Positions 11,543 through 20,411 of a stretch of 64,000 nucleotides of DNA are shown here, piece after piece. This stretch comes from an uncultured Gammaproteobacteria bacterium. Its GTDB lineage: Bacteria; Patescibacteriota; Patescibacteriia; JAHIZJ01. Location: positions 53,128 through 117,127 of the forward strand of contig CAYJKP010000001.1 of NCBI GenBank assembly GCA_964371245.1, given 5' to 3'. The position numbers and the translations under genes are program-made. The notes under the pieces were generated by a model, which was not told where the DNA came from, did no database searches, and saw only the letters and a list, made by a program, of their open reading frames with translations. Position 1 is the stretch's first letter, and each line of letters opens with the position of its first letter.

Positions 11543-12013
11543 ATGACACACCAACACCAATTTTTACAACCCGAATTAAAGCTATTACCCGCGCCGAAGC
11601 AATCAGAGGCTGAGGCGGTATTGGCCGGTAAGCCGCTGAGCGACTATTTGCGATTAATCATGAAGCCGGTGCTGGTGGCGCTCGCCTTGCTCATGGCCTC
11701 GGAGTTTACCGACGTCTTTCCGTATTTCAATCTCGTGATCATGGCCAGTTTGTTTGCCTATCTGGGACTGGCCGCTCGGAATCGGACCTTTCATACGGAG
11801 GCGAGCATTATTGCCGGTGGTTTCGCCGGCGGCGTGCTCGGTCTCGTCTACGCATTCTTCCGTTTCATGGTCCACTTGAAATTTCCCATGTTTTTTCAGA
11901 TGATTACCGAGCCGGTCACGCTGGCTGTTCTGGGGATGTTCTTAACCGGCCTGGTGGGCTGGCTAGCAACTGAAAGTGCGGTGAGTCTGCGTCAGGTGTT
12001 TATAAAAAAATAA
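11543..12013 (+). CDS. Hypothetical 4-TM membrane protein
   Basis: ORF with four hydrophobic segments; TGTATAAT upstream. Confidence 0.7.
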   Translation: MTHQHQFLQPELKLLPAPKQSEAEAVLAGKPLSDYLRLIMKPVLVALALLMASEFTDVFPYFNLVIMASLFAYLGLAARNRTFHTEASIIAGGFAGGVLGLVYAFFRFMVHLKFPMFFQMITEPVTLAVLGMFLTGLVGWLATESAVSLRQVFIKK

Positions 12014-12074
12014 TAACTATCATTTCTTCGGAGGAATACGCCTCAAGAAGAAAACTAAAAAAGGAGAACATTTT

Positions 12075-12377
12075 ATGCCAAACGGTAAACCGACAATGTC
12101 TCAAGACGACAAGCTCATGGGAGCGCTCTCGTATCTTTGGATATTGAGCGTCGTTATGCTGATTGTTAAGAAAGAAAGTCCCTTTGTAAAATTTCACGCC
12201 ACCCAGGGCCTCATCCTTTTCGTGGTATCAATCATCTTCTGGTTCATTCCGATTGTCGGCTGGATTTTAAACATCGGTGTCGTTATCCTTGTGATCATCG
12301 GTTTCTTAAAGGCGCTGTCCGGCGAGCAGTGGGAAATGCCGGTCATTGGTCTCTTGGCCAAAAAAATCAAACTTTAA
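12075..12377 (+). CDS. DUF4870-like membrane protein
   Basis: ALSY...FVKFHATQG...IPIVGW...P.IG pattern; AAGGAG SD. Confidence 0.8.
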   Translation: MPNGKPTMSQDDKLMGALSYLWILSVVMLIVKKESPFVKFHATQGLILFVVSIIFWFIPIVGWILNIGVVILVIIGFLKALSGEQWEMPVIGLLAKKIKL

Positions 12378-12464
12378 TATCATGTGACGACATAAAGACA
12401 GCTCTTCCTGACAACTTCGGGAAGAGCCTCTTTATACGCACTTACAAGTTGTTGTTAAAAAAAT

Positions 12465-14870
12465 ATGCCTACAAAAAACAAGAAACTTGTTCTCTGGTTT
12501 AAAGAACTTCGAAAAACCGATGTCGGTTTAGTCGGCGGCAAGAACGCCAGCCTCGGCGAAATGTATCGTTTTCTCGTGCCGAAAGGCGTGATCGTGCCGA
12601 ACGGATTTGCGATTACCGCCTCGGCCTATCAATATTTTCTGAAAGAAGCCGGTATCAAAAAAAAGATCCAGCAGATTCTCAAGGAAACAAAAATTCATAA
12701 TATTACCAGCCTTATGGCCGGCGGCCGGAGAATTCGCGAAACAATTCTCAAGGCCCAGTTTCCGGCCAAGCTTGATGCTCAGATCATTGAGGCGTATCGG
12801 AAGCTCGAAAAAGAATTCGGGAAAAATTGCGACGTCGCGGTTCGGTCGTCAGCCACGGCCGAGGATCTGCCGGATGCCTCTTTTGCCGGTCAGCAGGAGA
12901 CCTATCTCAATATTCGCGGGCCAAAGCAACTCCTCGAGGCGTGTAAAAAGTGTTTTGCCTCGTTGTTTACGAATCGGGCGATCTCCTATCGTGCCGACAA
13001 GCATTTCGACCATTTTAAAATTTCTCTTTCAATCGGCGTACAGAAAATGATCCGATCCGACCTCGCCGCCTCGGGCGTTATGTTTACGCTTGATACCGAG
13101 AGCGGCTTCAAAGATGTCGTGCTCATCAACGGCTCGTACGGTCTCGGCGAAAATATCGTTCAGGGCAAGGTAACGCCGGATGAATTCACGATTTTTAAAC
13201 CAACCCTCGCCCAAGGGTACAAAGCAATCATCTCGCGTCGCCTCGGTCAAAAGTCTCCGAAGATGATTTACAGCAGGAATCCAGCGAAACCAACCGTTGA
13301 TGTGCCGGTGAAACCGGCCGACCAGGAGAAGTTTTGCATCACCGAAGCCGAGGTTTTAAAGCTGGCGAAATGGGGCGTCATTATCGAAAATCATTACCAG
13401 CGGCCGATGGATATTGAGTGGGCCAAGGACGGACAGACCGGCAAACTCTTCATTGTCCAGGCTCGACCTGAAACGGTCCAGTCGCAGCGCGACTATTCAA
13501 TCCTCGAAGACTATACACTGGCCAGTCGCGGTAAGATACTCGCTACCGGCTCGCCGGTCGGCTCAAAGATCGGCGCTGGTATCGCGAACGTGATCAACAA
13601 CGTCAAGGATATCGGCAAGTTTAAGAAGGGCGAAGTCCTGGTCACGGACATGACCGACCCTGACTGGGAGCCAATTATGAAGATCGCCTCAGCGATCGTC
13701 ACCAACCGGGGCGGCCGCACCTGCCACGCCGCAATTGTTTCGCGCGAACTCGGCATTCCCTGCCTCGTCGGGACGGAAAACGGAAGCAAAAAGATCCGAA
13801 CCGGCCGCAAAGTTACCGTCTCCTGCGCCGAGGGCGAGAACGGTTATGTTTATGATGGCCTCCTGAAGTTTACGGTCCATCGGACGAGTATAAAAAACCT
13901 CAAACGGCCGAAAACCAAGATGATGATGAATCTGGGCGATCCGGATCAAGCCTTCGCCTACAGCTTTATACCAAACGATGGCGTCGGGCTGGCACGCGAG
14001 GAGTTCATCATCAATTCATACATCAAGGTTCACCCCGGCGCGTTGATAAATTTCGCCAAGCTCAAGGACGCCAAGGCAAAAAAGACCATCACCGAGCTGA
14101 CCAAGGGCTATCCGAACAAGAAACAATATTTCATTGATCAGCTGGCGTCCGGGATCGCGACGATCGCCGCCGCGTTTTACCCGAAGGACGTCATTGTCCG
14201 ATTATCCGACTTTAAGACGAATGAATATGCTGGTCTGATCGGTGGCCGGCAGTTTGAGCCAGTGGAGGATAATCCGATGATCGGCTGGCGCGGCGCTTCC
14301 CGATATTACGACCCGAAATTCGCCCAGTCGTTCGGTCTTGAGTGTCTGGCCTTGAAGAAAGTCCGCAACCAAATGGGCTTGAAGAACGTCAAAGTCATGG
14401 TGCCATTTTGCCGGACAGTTGAAGAAGGCAAGAAGGTGCTGGCCGAGATGGCCAAATATGATTTGATCCGCGGGAAGGACGGTCTAGAGGTGTATGTGAT
14501 GTGCGAAATCCCCTCGAACGTCATCCTGGCTGATGAATTTTCAAAGATCTATGACGGTTTTTCGATCGGCTCAAACGACCTCACCCAACTGACGCTCGGT
14601 CTCGACCGCGACTCGCAGCTGGTCAGCCATATCTACGACGAGCGGAACGAAGCTGTGAAGACGCTGATTGCCGAAGTGATTCGAAAGGCTAAGAAGAACA
14701 AACGGAAAATCGGTATCTGCGGTCAAGCGCCATCTGATTACCCAGAATTCGCCCGCTTCCTGGTGCGCGAAGGCATCGACAGCCTGTCACTCAACCCGGA
14801 CACGGTCATCCGAACAACGCTTGATATCCTTAAACAAGAAAAAGGTCTGAAGGGCAAGCGTTCGCGATAA
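12465..14870 (+). CDS. ppsA: Phosphoenolpyruvate synthase
   Basis: VGGKNASLGEM, RSSATAEDLP, GGRTCHAAI (phospho-His), SIGSNDLTQ. Confidence 0.97.
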   Translation: MPTKNKKLVLWFKELRKTDVGLVGGKNASLGEMYRFLVPKGVIVPNGFAITASAYQYFLKEAGIKKKIQQILKETKIHNITSLMAGGRRIRETILKAQFPAKLDAQIIEAYRKLEKEFGKNCDVAVRSSATAEDLPDASFAGQQETYLNIRGPKQLLEACKKCFASLFTNRAISYRADKHFDHFKISLSIGVQKMIRSDLAASGVMFTLDTESGFKDVVLINGSYGLGENIVQGKVTPDEFTIFKPTLAQGYKAIISRRLGQKSPKMIYSRNPAKPTVDVPVKPADQEKFCITEAEVLKLAKWGVIIENHYQRPMDIEWAKDGQTGKLFIVQARPETVQSQRDYSILEDYTLASRGKILATGSPVGSKIGAGIANVINNVKDIGKFKKGEVLVTDMTDPDWEPIMKIASAIVTNRGGRTCHAAIVSRELGIPCLVGTENGSKKIRTGRKVTVSCAEGENGYVYDGLLKFTVHRTSIKNLKRPKTKMMMNLGDPDQAFAYSFIPNDGVGLAREEFIINSYIKVHPGALINFAKLKDAKAKKTITELTKGYPNKKQYFIDQLASGIATIAAAFYPKDVIVRLSDFKTNEYAGLIGGRQFEPVEDNPMIGWRGASRYYDPKFAQSFGLECLALKKVRNQMGLKNVKVMVPFCRTVEEGKKVLAEMAKYDLIRGKDGLEVYVMCEIPSNVILADEFSKIYDGFSIGSNDLTQLTLGLDRDSQLVSHIYDERNEAVKTLIAEVIRKAKKNKRKIGICGQAPSDYPEFARFLVREGIDSLSLNPDTVIRTTLDILKQEKGLKGKRSR

Positions 14871-14884
14871 ACACGCCGTCGATA

Positions 14885-14932
14885 TTGACAAATAGAGAAA
14901 AGAGGGCTATATTCGGTATCAGCCCTCTTTTC
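14885..14932 (+). promoter_or_regulatory. Promoter overlapped by a 12-bp inverted repeat (also a possible ppsA terminator)
   Basis: TTGACA-17-TATATT; GAAAAGAGGGCT/AGCCCTCTTTTC. Confidence 0.6.
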
Positions 14933-15025
14933 GCATTCTCCGCTCGGGTACGACGACGCGCTCGAGTGGGGCAGGCTTGGTAGTCAGCAACAACACGGCT
15001 CACAACAACCGGAAAGGAGGTCTAC

Positions 15026-15055
15026 ATGACAACATGGCAAAAGATGCCATACTAG
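15026..15055 (+). CDS. Candidate leader peptide MTTWQKMPY
   Basis: AAAGGAGG SD 5 nt before ATG. Confidence 0.35.
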   Translation: MTTWQKMPY

Positions 15056-15125
15056 ATGCGATCGATCCAGGTAGCAGTATCGTACCGTCGATATCGTGTC
15101 TAAGCCAGCAAGGGGGATGTTGAAC

Positions 15126-15473
15126 ATGAAGCGTCGGGTTGCCACGCGCGCTGCTACGGTTCCTCGGAACGTATTGGTGCGCCGAGTCGTCATGCCTGTG
15201 TTCGACCGCGGCCTCGGAAACGTTCTGCCGTTTGTTCACGGCGGGCCAATCCACGGATGCATCTGCCATCGGACGCGTTCCAATGCGATCATTCTGGAGA
15301 CGTCCGATAACCCGGTCAGGGTCAACGGCGAGATCGTCCAGCCGCACATGCGCAGCCGGGTCCCTTCTGGGGCCAGTGTCGTCATCGGTGGCAGGCATGG
15401 TGAGCTTAGGCTCGAACTCGTTGAGATCAGCGAGCCCGATCGCCCAATGAAGCAGACCGCGCAAGCGGTCTAG
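15126..15473 (+). CDS. Hypothetical protein with degenerate FHA-like C-terminus
   Basis: SDNPVRVNGEIVQP...VPSGASVVIGG resembles the FHA C-terminal strands. Confidence 0.55.
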   Translation: MKRRVATRAATVPRNVLVRRVVMPVFDRGLGNVLPFVHGGPIHGCICHRTRSNAIILETSDNPVRVNGEIVQPHMRSRVPSGASVVIGGRHGELRLELVEISEPDRPMKQTAQAV

Positions 15474-15578
15474 ATCGTACGCGCCTTCCGTTCGCGGAAG
15501 AATTGCGCCAGCCCCAGACGAGAAATCAATCTCGACCGGGGCGTTTTATTTTAATGAAAATGACGATTAGAAGGGGCA

Positions 15579-15607
15579 TTGACAAGCTATTTTCTTCAGG
15601 GTAACCT
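15579..15607 (+). promoter_or_regulatory. sigma70-type promoter
   Basis: TTGACA-17-TAACCT. Confidence 0.55.
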
Positions 15608-15684
15608 CCAAAATGACCGGCTACAAAGGCATTGTTTGTGAAGGCAGAGACGCGATTGGCAGCACAACCACGGGAGGTTCTTCT

Positions 15685-15972
15685 ATGGGCGGTGGTCACA
15701 GGTCGAAGCAGAAGCACAGCGGAAACGGTAAGTCGGGCACCGACGGCTCTTTGGTTATCAAGCTCTGCACGGGCGTGTGCATCGATCCCCGGCGCGGTAA
15801 CGCGCCAGGCAACATCAGGGTCCATCCGACCGGCGATGGTCTCAGGCTGAATAATCACGGTGGCACAGTCATCGCCGCTGGCCGGCAGCTCCAGGCGTAC
15901 GAGGCGGTGGATCTCAAGCCCGGCGATCGCGTCTCGATCAACGGCACCAACGGCCGGGTTGTGCGCGAATAG
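15685..15972 (+). CDS. Hypothetical protein with degenerate FHA-like C-terminus
   Basis: GGAGG SD before ATG 15685; GRQLQAYEAVDLKPGDRVSING. Confidence 0.55.
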   Translation: MGGGHRSKQKHSGNGKSGTDGSLVIKLCTGVCIDPRRGNAPGNIRVHPTGDGLRLNNHGGTVIAAGRQLQAYEAVDLKPGDRVSINGTNGRVVRE

Positions 15973-16067
15973 CACTCCCGTCAAGTTCAATGGTAATTCT
16001 CTCCCTCCGGCGTGCCGGCGGGAGTCTTTATTTCCTAGCCAATTTCAGTTATAGTAAGGGCAGTTTT

Positions 16068-16157
16068 GGAGAGGTCGCATAGTGGTCGAGTGCGCTTGCT
16101 TGGAAAGCAAGTAAGGGTGAAAGCCCTTCGAGGGTTCGAATCCCTCCCTCTCCGCCA
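16068..16157 (+). tRNA. tRNA-Ser (GGA)
   Basis: GGAGAGG acceptor, CTTGC-TTGGAAA-GCAAG anticodon arm, long variable arm, GGTTCGAATCC, CCA end. Confidence 0.97.
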
Positions 16158-16195
16158 ACGCTGGAGCGAAGCGGAAGCGAATCTGAAATATTAAC

Positions 16196-16314
16196 AGGGA
16201 TTCGAAGGGCAGAAGCGACCCAGCACCGAAGCGAAGTGCCTAGTGCTGGGGAGCGCCGATCGCTCCGAGCTAGCGTAGGAGCGAGCGCTGCCCCGGACAT
16301 AAATCCCTCCCTCC
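16196..16314 (+). repeat. Degenerate copy of tRNA-Ser T-arm/3' end with hairpin insertion
   Basis: AGGGATTCGAA ... AATCCCTCCCTC (last 12 nt identical to the tRNA) around nested GGGCAG/CTGCCC, CCCAGCAC/GTGCTGGG, TCGCTCC/GGAGCGA stems. Confidence 0.6.
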
Positions 16315-16356
16315 TAGCAAGCTTAGTGAATAATTACGTAACCACGGAGTAAAAAA

Positions 16357-16842
16357 ATGACCGATCAAACAATCAAATCAACCGGCTGTTGCGAGCCGTT
16401 TAACCCCGAACCGTGGCAGGACAAAGAAATTGCCTGGCAGGATAAAATGTTTGTGAAAGACCGCATCACCAGCATTTTTCATATTCCGGTCAACATGGGA
16501 AAAAAGGTAGTCAAGAATATGGCGCTAATTGAAAAGGCAACAGCTAAGGCGCCCCAGCAATTAATGCTGACTGATGAAAAATCGATGTGGGGATCGGACA
16601 TCTATATTGATGTTTCAAAGGAAGTCCCGGGCGCGCAGATGGCCGCGCTGTCAGGCACGTTCCTCACGAAAGTTTTTGAGGGGCCGTATCAAAGAGCCGG
16701 CCAGTGGGCGAAAGAAATGGAAGCGTATGTGGCAAACAAAGGAAGGAAGATAAAAAAACTATATTTTTCTTACACCACGTGTCCAAAGTGCGCCAAGGCC
16801 TACGGAAAAAATTACGTGGTGCTTTTTGCGCAAATAAATTAA
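16357..16842 (+). CDS. Conserved hypothetical protein (GyrI-like/hydrolase-like)
   Basis: GCCEPF, VFEGPY, YTTCPKCAKAYGKNYVV. Confidence 0.75.
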   Translation: MTDQTIKSTGCCEPFNPEPWQDKEIAWQDKMFVKDRITSIFHIPVNMGKKVVKNMALIEKATAKAPQQLMLTDEKSMWGSDIYIDVSKEVPGAQMAALSGTFLTKVFEGPYQRAGQWAKEMEAYVANKGRKIKKLYFSYTTCPKCAKAYGKNYVVLFAQIN

Positions 16843-16915
16843 AAGTAATTTACCGCTACCTCGTAGTCGGGACATAAAAACCAAAATGGTATAAAAATTT
16901 ATCGGGCCAATCATT

Positions 16916-17317
16916 ATGAACAAAAAAACAGCCCCAAGAGTAATCGGCTACGGTCTATTGCTCTTTATTATTACCATGGTGCTGCTCTTCGTGATGTCGG
17001 TGATTACCGAGTCGGATCAGCCGTTAGACAAATGGTGGGTGAGCGCGGTCATGGCGATTATCATGATGGCTGTTTCGCTCTGGTTTTCTAGAACGCTCCG
17101 GCCAGGCAGTGCCAGCCAGGCGTTTTTATTCGGCGGTGTTTGGGCAATCATGATCGCCGGGCTTCTCCTCGCCATTGCCATCCCGAACGGCACGACCAAT
17201 ATCGTCTTTGGCCAATGGCCGACGTATCTAGTATTTATTGGTGTGGCCGTAGGACCGGTGTTACTGAAACCAAAAGCGACTCCGCCGGTTGTCGGTGAGA
17301 CTCAAAACAAGGTTTAA
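16916..17317 (+). CDS. 4-TM membrane protein, paralog 1
   Basis: Shares LDxWW, IPNG, FGQW, YLVF, GPVL.KP with the next gene. Confidence 0.8.
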   Translation: MNKKTAPRVIGYGLLLFIITMVLLFVMSVITESDQPLDKWWVSAVMAIIMMAVSLWFSRTLRPGSASQAFLFGGVWAIMIAGLLLAIAIPNGTTNIVFGQWPTYLVFIGVAVGPVLLKPKATPPVVGETQNKV

Positions 17318-17333
17318 TAACTAAGCCAAAAAA

Positions 17334-17741
17334 ATGAAAACCGCTTTTAAAATCGTTGGCTTCGGTTTGCTTTTATGGGTTGTTATTGTCCTCGTGCAAT
17401 TGATCATCTCTGCCATCACCTCATCCTATGAAACCCTCGATACGTGGTGGGCGAACGGCATCGTTGCTGTGTTCATGGCATTCTTTGCCGGAGTATTCTC
17501 GCGTCTGCTTCACGCCGCGAACATGAAACAAGCGTGGATCCATGGAATCGGTTTTGCCAGCGTTTTAGTGGGTATCAGCGCCATCCTGATCATTCCAAAC
17601 GGGGCGAACGCCATGTTTGGCCAGTGGAGCATGTATCTGGTTTTCGTCGGGGCGGCGATCGGGCCGGTACTAATGAAGCCTAACAGAACATTAATGGCAG
17701 GCAAAAACAATAATGACTTCAATGCCGGTAAAAAACAGTAA
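17334..17741 (+). CDS. 4-TM membrane protein, paralog 2
   Basis: Tandem paralog of 16916..17317. Confidence 0.8.
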   Translation: MKTAFKIVGFGLLLWVVIVLVQLIISAITSSYETLDTWWANGIVAVFMAFFAGVFSRLLHAANMKQAWIHGIGFASVLVGISAILIIPNGANAMFGQWSMYLVFVGAAIGPVLMKPNRTLMAGKNNNDFNAGKKQ

Positions 17742-18714
17742 CAAATCATTCCTCAAACGCTTCTGGTGGTTTGCTATCTTGATTACGGTTTTTATTTTTG
17801 GCGCTGCCTGCACACGGACAAAAACCGGCGATCAACTGGAAAACCAAAACCAGAATTCGACGCCGAGTTCAGTTTCGCCGAGCGGTAATACCTGGCAGGA
17901 TCAGGGCGTGGTAATTCCAGGCCAATTTGCTGACGCGGAAATTGTCGCTCTGGGAAACGGCCGATATCGCCTCTATCATGCCGCTGAACCGGACAGCCCG
18001 GATTTTCAGGGCCAGGTCTACTCGTCAATTTCCTCTGACGGAATGAACTGGGTCAAAGAGGAGGGAATACGGAAAACCCAGGCAGTCTTTTTCGACGTGG
18101 TACAGTTACCTGACGGCCGCTATCGCACTTATTTCCAAAACGCCCAAGCGATAAAAAGCGCAATCTCAGATGATGGACTAACCTGGACTGACGAACCGGG
18201 AATAAGAATTGATAAAAACGAGCCCGGTTATGTCCTGGACAATGTTGGCGCCCAGAGCACCTATCGGCTGCCGGATAACACTTATATTATGGTTTACCGC
18301 GGCATGATTAATCAGCCCTACGAAACTGCTGAAAAAATTCCTAATGCCACCACCCAGATATATTTCTGGGCGGTCTCAGAAGACGGCCTGAACTTCGAAA
18401 AGAAAGGCCTGGCCATTGATTCGAGAAATGAAACTCTTTATGGATTGGCCGACGGCGCCGAATGGGTAAATTGGGATGATGATGAGCTGCGGCTCTATTT
18501 CTGGAGCTATGCCGGGATCTATCACTCCGTTTATGCCAACCACACCTTCTTACGGCCGGTATTTGACTGGACCAATAATAAAGACAGCCGGGTGAAATTC
18601 GCACCTGATCCGCCCTGCGATCCCACGATATTGAAAATCAACAGCCGATGGTACATGTATTACGGCCAGCACTCCCGGGGAATTTATTACGCCACGTACG
18701 GGGGTGAGACATAA
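17713..18714 (+). CDS. Exported beta-propeller protein (GH43/32- or sialidase-like), possible lipoprotein
   Basis: FGAAC after hydrophobic stretch; repeated S.DG..W/F Asp-box-like motifs; GRYRLY, DPTI. Confidence 0.7.
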   Translation: MTSMPVKNSNKSFLKRFWWFAILITVFIFGAACTRTKTGDQLENQNQNSTPSSVSPSGNTWQDQGVVIPGQFADAEIVALGNGRYRLYHAAEPDSPDFQGQVYSSISSDGMNWVKEEGIRKTQAVFFDVVQLPDGRYRTYFQNAQAIKSAISDDGLTWTDEPGIRIDKNEPGYVLDNVGAQSTYRLPDNTYIMVYRGMINQPYETAEKIPNATTQIYFWAVSEDGLNFEKKGLAIDSRNETLYGLADGAEWVNWDDDELRLYFWSYAGIYHSVYANHTFLRPVFDWTNNKDSRVKFAPDPPCDPTILKINSRWYMYYGQHSRGIYYATYGGET

Positions 18715-18729
18715 TATTTTTGCCAGCTT

Positions 18730-19071
18730 ATGAAGCTCTTCAAAACCACAATTATCTTCCTCTATCTCATTGCGGCTTTTTGGGTAGCGTTCGGCGCGCT
18801 CTGGCTGTTCCGAGAGTCGGATTACCGGTGGTTCTACGCGATCGGGGCGTTTAGCAATGCCATAGTGCTCTCACTTTTGACGTATTTCATGAGCCGCGGC
18901 CGGCGCTGGGCGTATTGGCTGCTGGTTATTCTCTTAGCCGCGAATGTCATCCTGACCATCATGGACCAGGTCGGCTGGTTTGACCTGGCCTATCTCGTGC
19001 CGGCAATCGCGGCGCTGGTTCTTACCATCGGCGCACGGCGGGACATCCTTCATCGAAACGCGCGGATATGA
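18730..19071 (+). CDS. Hypothetical membrane protein
   Basis: 4 TM segments; DQVGWFDL. Confidence 0.75.
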   Translation: MKLFKTTIIFLYLIAAFWVAFGALWLFRESDYRWFYAIGAFSNAIVLSLLTYFMSRGRRWAYWLLVILLAANVILTIMDQVGWFDLAYLVPAIAALVLTIGARRDILHRNARI

Positions 19072-19802
19072 ATGAAGTCGCATACAAAACGTCATTAGCG
19101 GAAATCCGGCGGAGAAAAAAGGCCAGCCTGGTACTGGTCGCGTCCCTCGTTGCCGGATACATCCTGGCCGGGGGCGTCGTCCGGAACATGAGTCCTCGTG
19201 AAGTCTTCGTGAGCGCGCTCGCGATCGGGTGCGTCTTGCTGGCGTTGCGGGCACTGGCACTGATGCCGTTTGCCCGCCTGGCAAAAAGGGTCGTCCAGGC
19301 GACGGACGAATATCTGAAGATGGATTCAACGGTGTATCGGTACGAAGATATGGCGCGTCTGTCGGTGCGGGAGACGAGCCAGGGCACTTTCCGTGATGTT
19401 CGCATCGTGCTGAAGGACCGTCGGAGCGTCGTGGTTGATGCGCTGGACGATTTCCCTGGGTTTCTCAACGGATTGTCAGCTCATGTTGATAAAAAGATCG
19501 TTGCGATATCGCGCGAACCGCTCGATTATGACCACTTTGTATTTTACCCTATTGTCGGGCTGGTAACCGGCGCCCTGGTCACAGGCGTCATTGAGTATGT
19601 TCAAAAACGTGGTGGAAGCGCTGTCACAGTCATCGCGATCATATCGGCTGTCCTTCTCTTTGCGTTAGGCGCATATTTCATCGCCACGCGGCCGCTCTCC
19701 ATGCGCTATGCCGGGAGAACGAGATTGGCTGAAATTCTTTGCGGTGTCATAAGCGTTTGCATTGGTCTGGCTTGGCTTCTCTGGCCCCGGCTTTCTAAAT
19801 AG
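19068..19802 (+). CDS. Hypothetical membrane protein
   Basis: Overlaps upstream stop (ATGA); TM - soluble domain - TM layout. Confidence 0.7.
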   Translation: MNEVAYKTSLAEIRRRKKASLVLVASLVAGYILAGGVVRNMSPREVFVSALAIGCVLLALRALALMPFARLAKRVVQATDEYLKMDSTVYRYEDMARLSVRETSQGTFRDVRIVLKDRRSVVVDALDDFPGFLNGLSAHVDKKIVAISREPLDYDHFVFYPIVGLVTGALVTGVIEYVQKRGGSAVTVIAIISAVLLFALGAYFIATRPLSMRYAGRTRLAEILCGVISVCIGLAWLLWPRLSK

Positions 19803-19994
19803 GTTTGAGAAAAAAATCTTATGCCGTTGGAGCTGTTGGTCGGCGGCGATGACAAAACCGCCGCGGTCGTTCAGTTTGGATTTTTTTAAATACACGTCGC
19901 CAGGTGCATATAGCCCGAAGAACGGCCATAGGTTTGTCAGCAGAAACAAAAAACCAGCCATCTCCAGCCGGTATTATTATATTTAGGCGATTAA

Positions 19995-20378
19995 TTAGCC
20001 CCTCTCTAATAGATGATTTACCCGTTGGACGAGCTCCGATGGAGTAATCTGGGTTTTAATAACGAAGTCAGCTGCTCCAAATTGCTTGGCCTGTTCCTTC
20101 ATGTTGTTCTTTGCTAAATTGGTCAGGACAATGACCGGAATCTGGCGCGTTGTCGTTCCGCTTTTTAGTTTTTTTAAGACATCTAGACCGCTTTCGCTGA
20201 CGAGAATCAGATCAAGTAGAATGATATCAGGTTTTTCAGTATTAGCTGCGGCTATTCCTTCCGTACCGTTCCGAGCCGAGACTAAACGAAATCCTTCTCG
20301 CTCAAATTTAAAACGATACATCTCGATTTGATCGTGATCGTCCTCAATAAGCACTATTTTAGGCGTTCTTTTCGTCAT
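19995..20378 (-). CDS. Single-domain response regulator
   Basis: IEDD, PDIILLD, IPVIVLTN, GAADFVIK. Confidence 0.92.
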   Translation of the reverse strand: MTKRTPKIVLIEDDHDQIEMYRFKFEREGFRLVSARNGTEGIAAANTEKPDIILLDLILVSESGLDVLKKLKSGTTTRQIPVIVLTNLAKNNMKEQAKQFGAADFVIKTQITPSELVQRVNHLLERG

Positions 20379-20411
20379 AGTAATTGGCGTAATGCTCGGC
20401 TTAAGACTTAC

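Noticed and set aside
15053-15058. TAG readthrough or alternative genetic code
   Set aside because: Conserved genes in the window end normally at TAA, TAG and TGA; no evidence of recoding.
19665-19961. Minus-strand 98-aa ORF with a PGDVY motif (DUF2905-like?)
   Set aside because: Similarity too short and it overlaps a convergent gene; at most a remnant.
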